DNA of 64,000 nucleotides, taken from positions 22,317 through 86,316 of the forward strand of contig JAMOAZ010000007.1 of assembly GCA_039908505.1 (NCBI GenBank), written 5' to 3'. The notes beneath the pieces are model-generated. The model worked only from the letters and a program-made list of their open reading frames with translations, was not told the origin of the DNA and made no database searches. This DNA comes from Nitrospirota bacterium (GTDB lineage Bacteria; Nitrospirota; Thermodesulfovibrionia; Thermodesulfovibrionales; Magnetobacteriaceae). Every line of letters starts with the position of its first letter. Position 1 is the first letter of the stretch. A program made the translations under genes and the position numbers. This document shows, one piece after another, positions 63,511 through 64,000 of the stretch.

Positions 63511-63643
63511 AGCATTTTCCCGGGGGTATTTTATTGTACGCTTAAAATAAGCTATAAATATTAACATTAACACTTTATATAAGTATACCTGCTATAATAC
63601 TCAATTAATTCGTCGGCTTACTATGAAGGAGATTTAAGCCTCA

Positions 63644-64000
63644 ATGATTCTAAGTAACGAGTCGTGGTCAGAGTTAAAAGACTCGCTTGTCAGATTTTTC
63701 TTTAACGAACTGCTTCTGAAGATACTTATCACGCTGCTTACGTTTAGCGCGGTTTATCTGTTTTGTGAGAAACTTAACAGTTACCTATTAATTAAGGTCA
63801 TAGTCCACATGAGGTCATCATACGACAACAACCCTCGTCTCTATTTCCACAACAAAAGGGGAGAAATAGACATAGAGAACTCCGTAATGTCGCATATTAA
63901 CCAGTCGGAGGGTTTTAGAGACCTGAAATTCAAAATCCCAAAGGAAATAAAAGACCCAATGGTAATGAGCTTCTTTGTAGGTGAAAAGGCCGGGGTCATA
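63644..64000 (+). CDS. Hypothetical membrane-anchored protein, partial (runs off window end)
   Basis: Open frame MILSNESWSELKDSLVRFFFNELLLKILITLLTFSAVYLFCEKL...; AAGGAG SD; TG-C-TATAAT at 63590-63598. Confidence 0.65.
   Translation, partial: MILSNESWSELKDSLVRFFFNELLLKILITLLTFSAVYLFCEKLNSYLLIKVIVHMRSSYDNNPRLYFHNKRGEIDIENSVMSHINQSEGFRDLKFKIPKEIKDPMVMSFFVGEKAGVI

Noticed and set aside
1-64000. CRISPR array, prophage, integrase, intact IS, magnetosome genes
   Set aside because: No regularly spaced repeat-spacer units and no recognisable proteins of these classes were seen; the tandem repeats found have no spacers

Overview
Bacterial chromosomal window with no CRISPR array, prophage or intact IS. 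The gene content and protein styles suggest a sulfur-cycling Nitrospirota/Thermodesulfovibrionia-like organism (inference). Housekeeping genes: leuS (partial), coaE, tRNA-Cys, lptE-holA, adk, uppS-cdsA-dxr-rseP, gnnA/gnnB-like-lpxB-waaA, pyk. Energy loci: a complete adk-sat-aprBA-qmoABC locus, and a heme-copper superfamily operon (diheme cyt c, small subunit, CuA subunit II, subunit I, SCO). Subunit I lacks the cross-linked Tyr (H-S-A-Q-Q), so it is best read as an eNOR-type nitric oxide reductase. It also has Lys at the second heme-ligand His position (H-F-K). A cytochrome b-ferredoxin-MvhD fusion gene lies nearby. Strongest novelty candidates: (1) a tightly coupled 9-gene operon joining a type II FAS/PKS module, GDP-heptose enzymes, a ColD-type 3-dehydratase and a YfhO-like GT-C protein; (2) a Cys/Glu patatin fused to a PhoU-like domain, co-encoded with an MFS exporter and a DsrE protein; (3) an exported 18-Cys metallothionein-like protein; (4) the eNOR/cyt b fusion module. 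At the DNA level there are recurrent sigma70-like promoters with 18-bp spacers, several apparently leaderless genes, a sigma54 promoter before two small exported peptides, and a structured RNA candidate. All family calls come from motif recognition by eye; no database searches were run.
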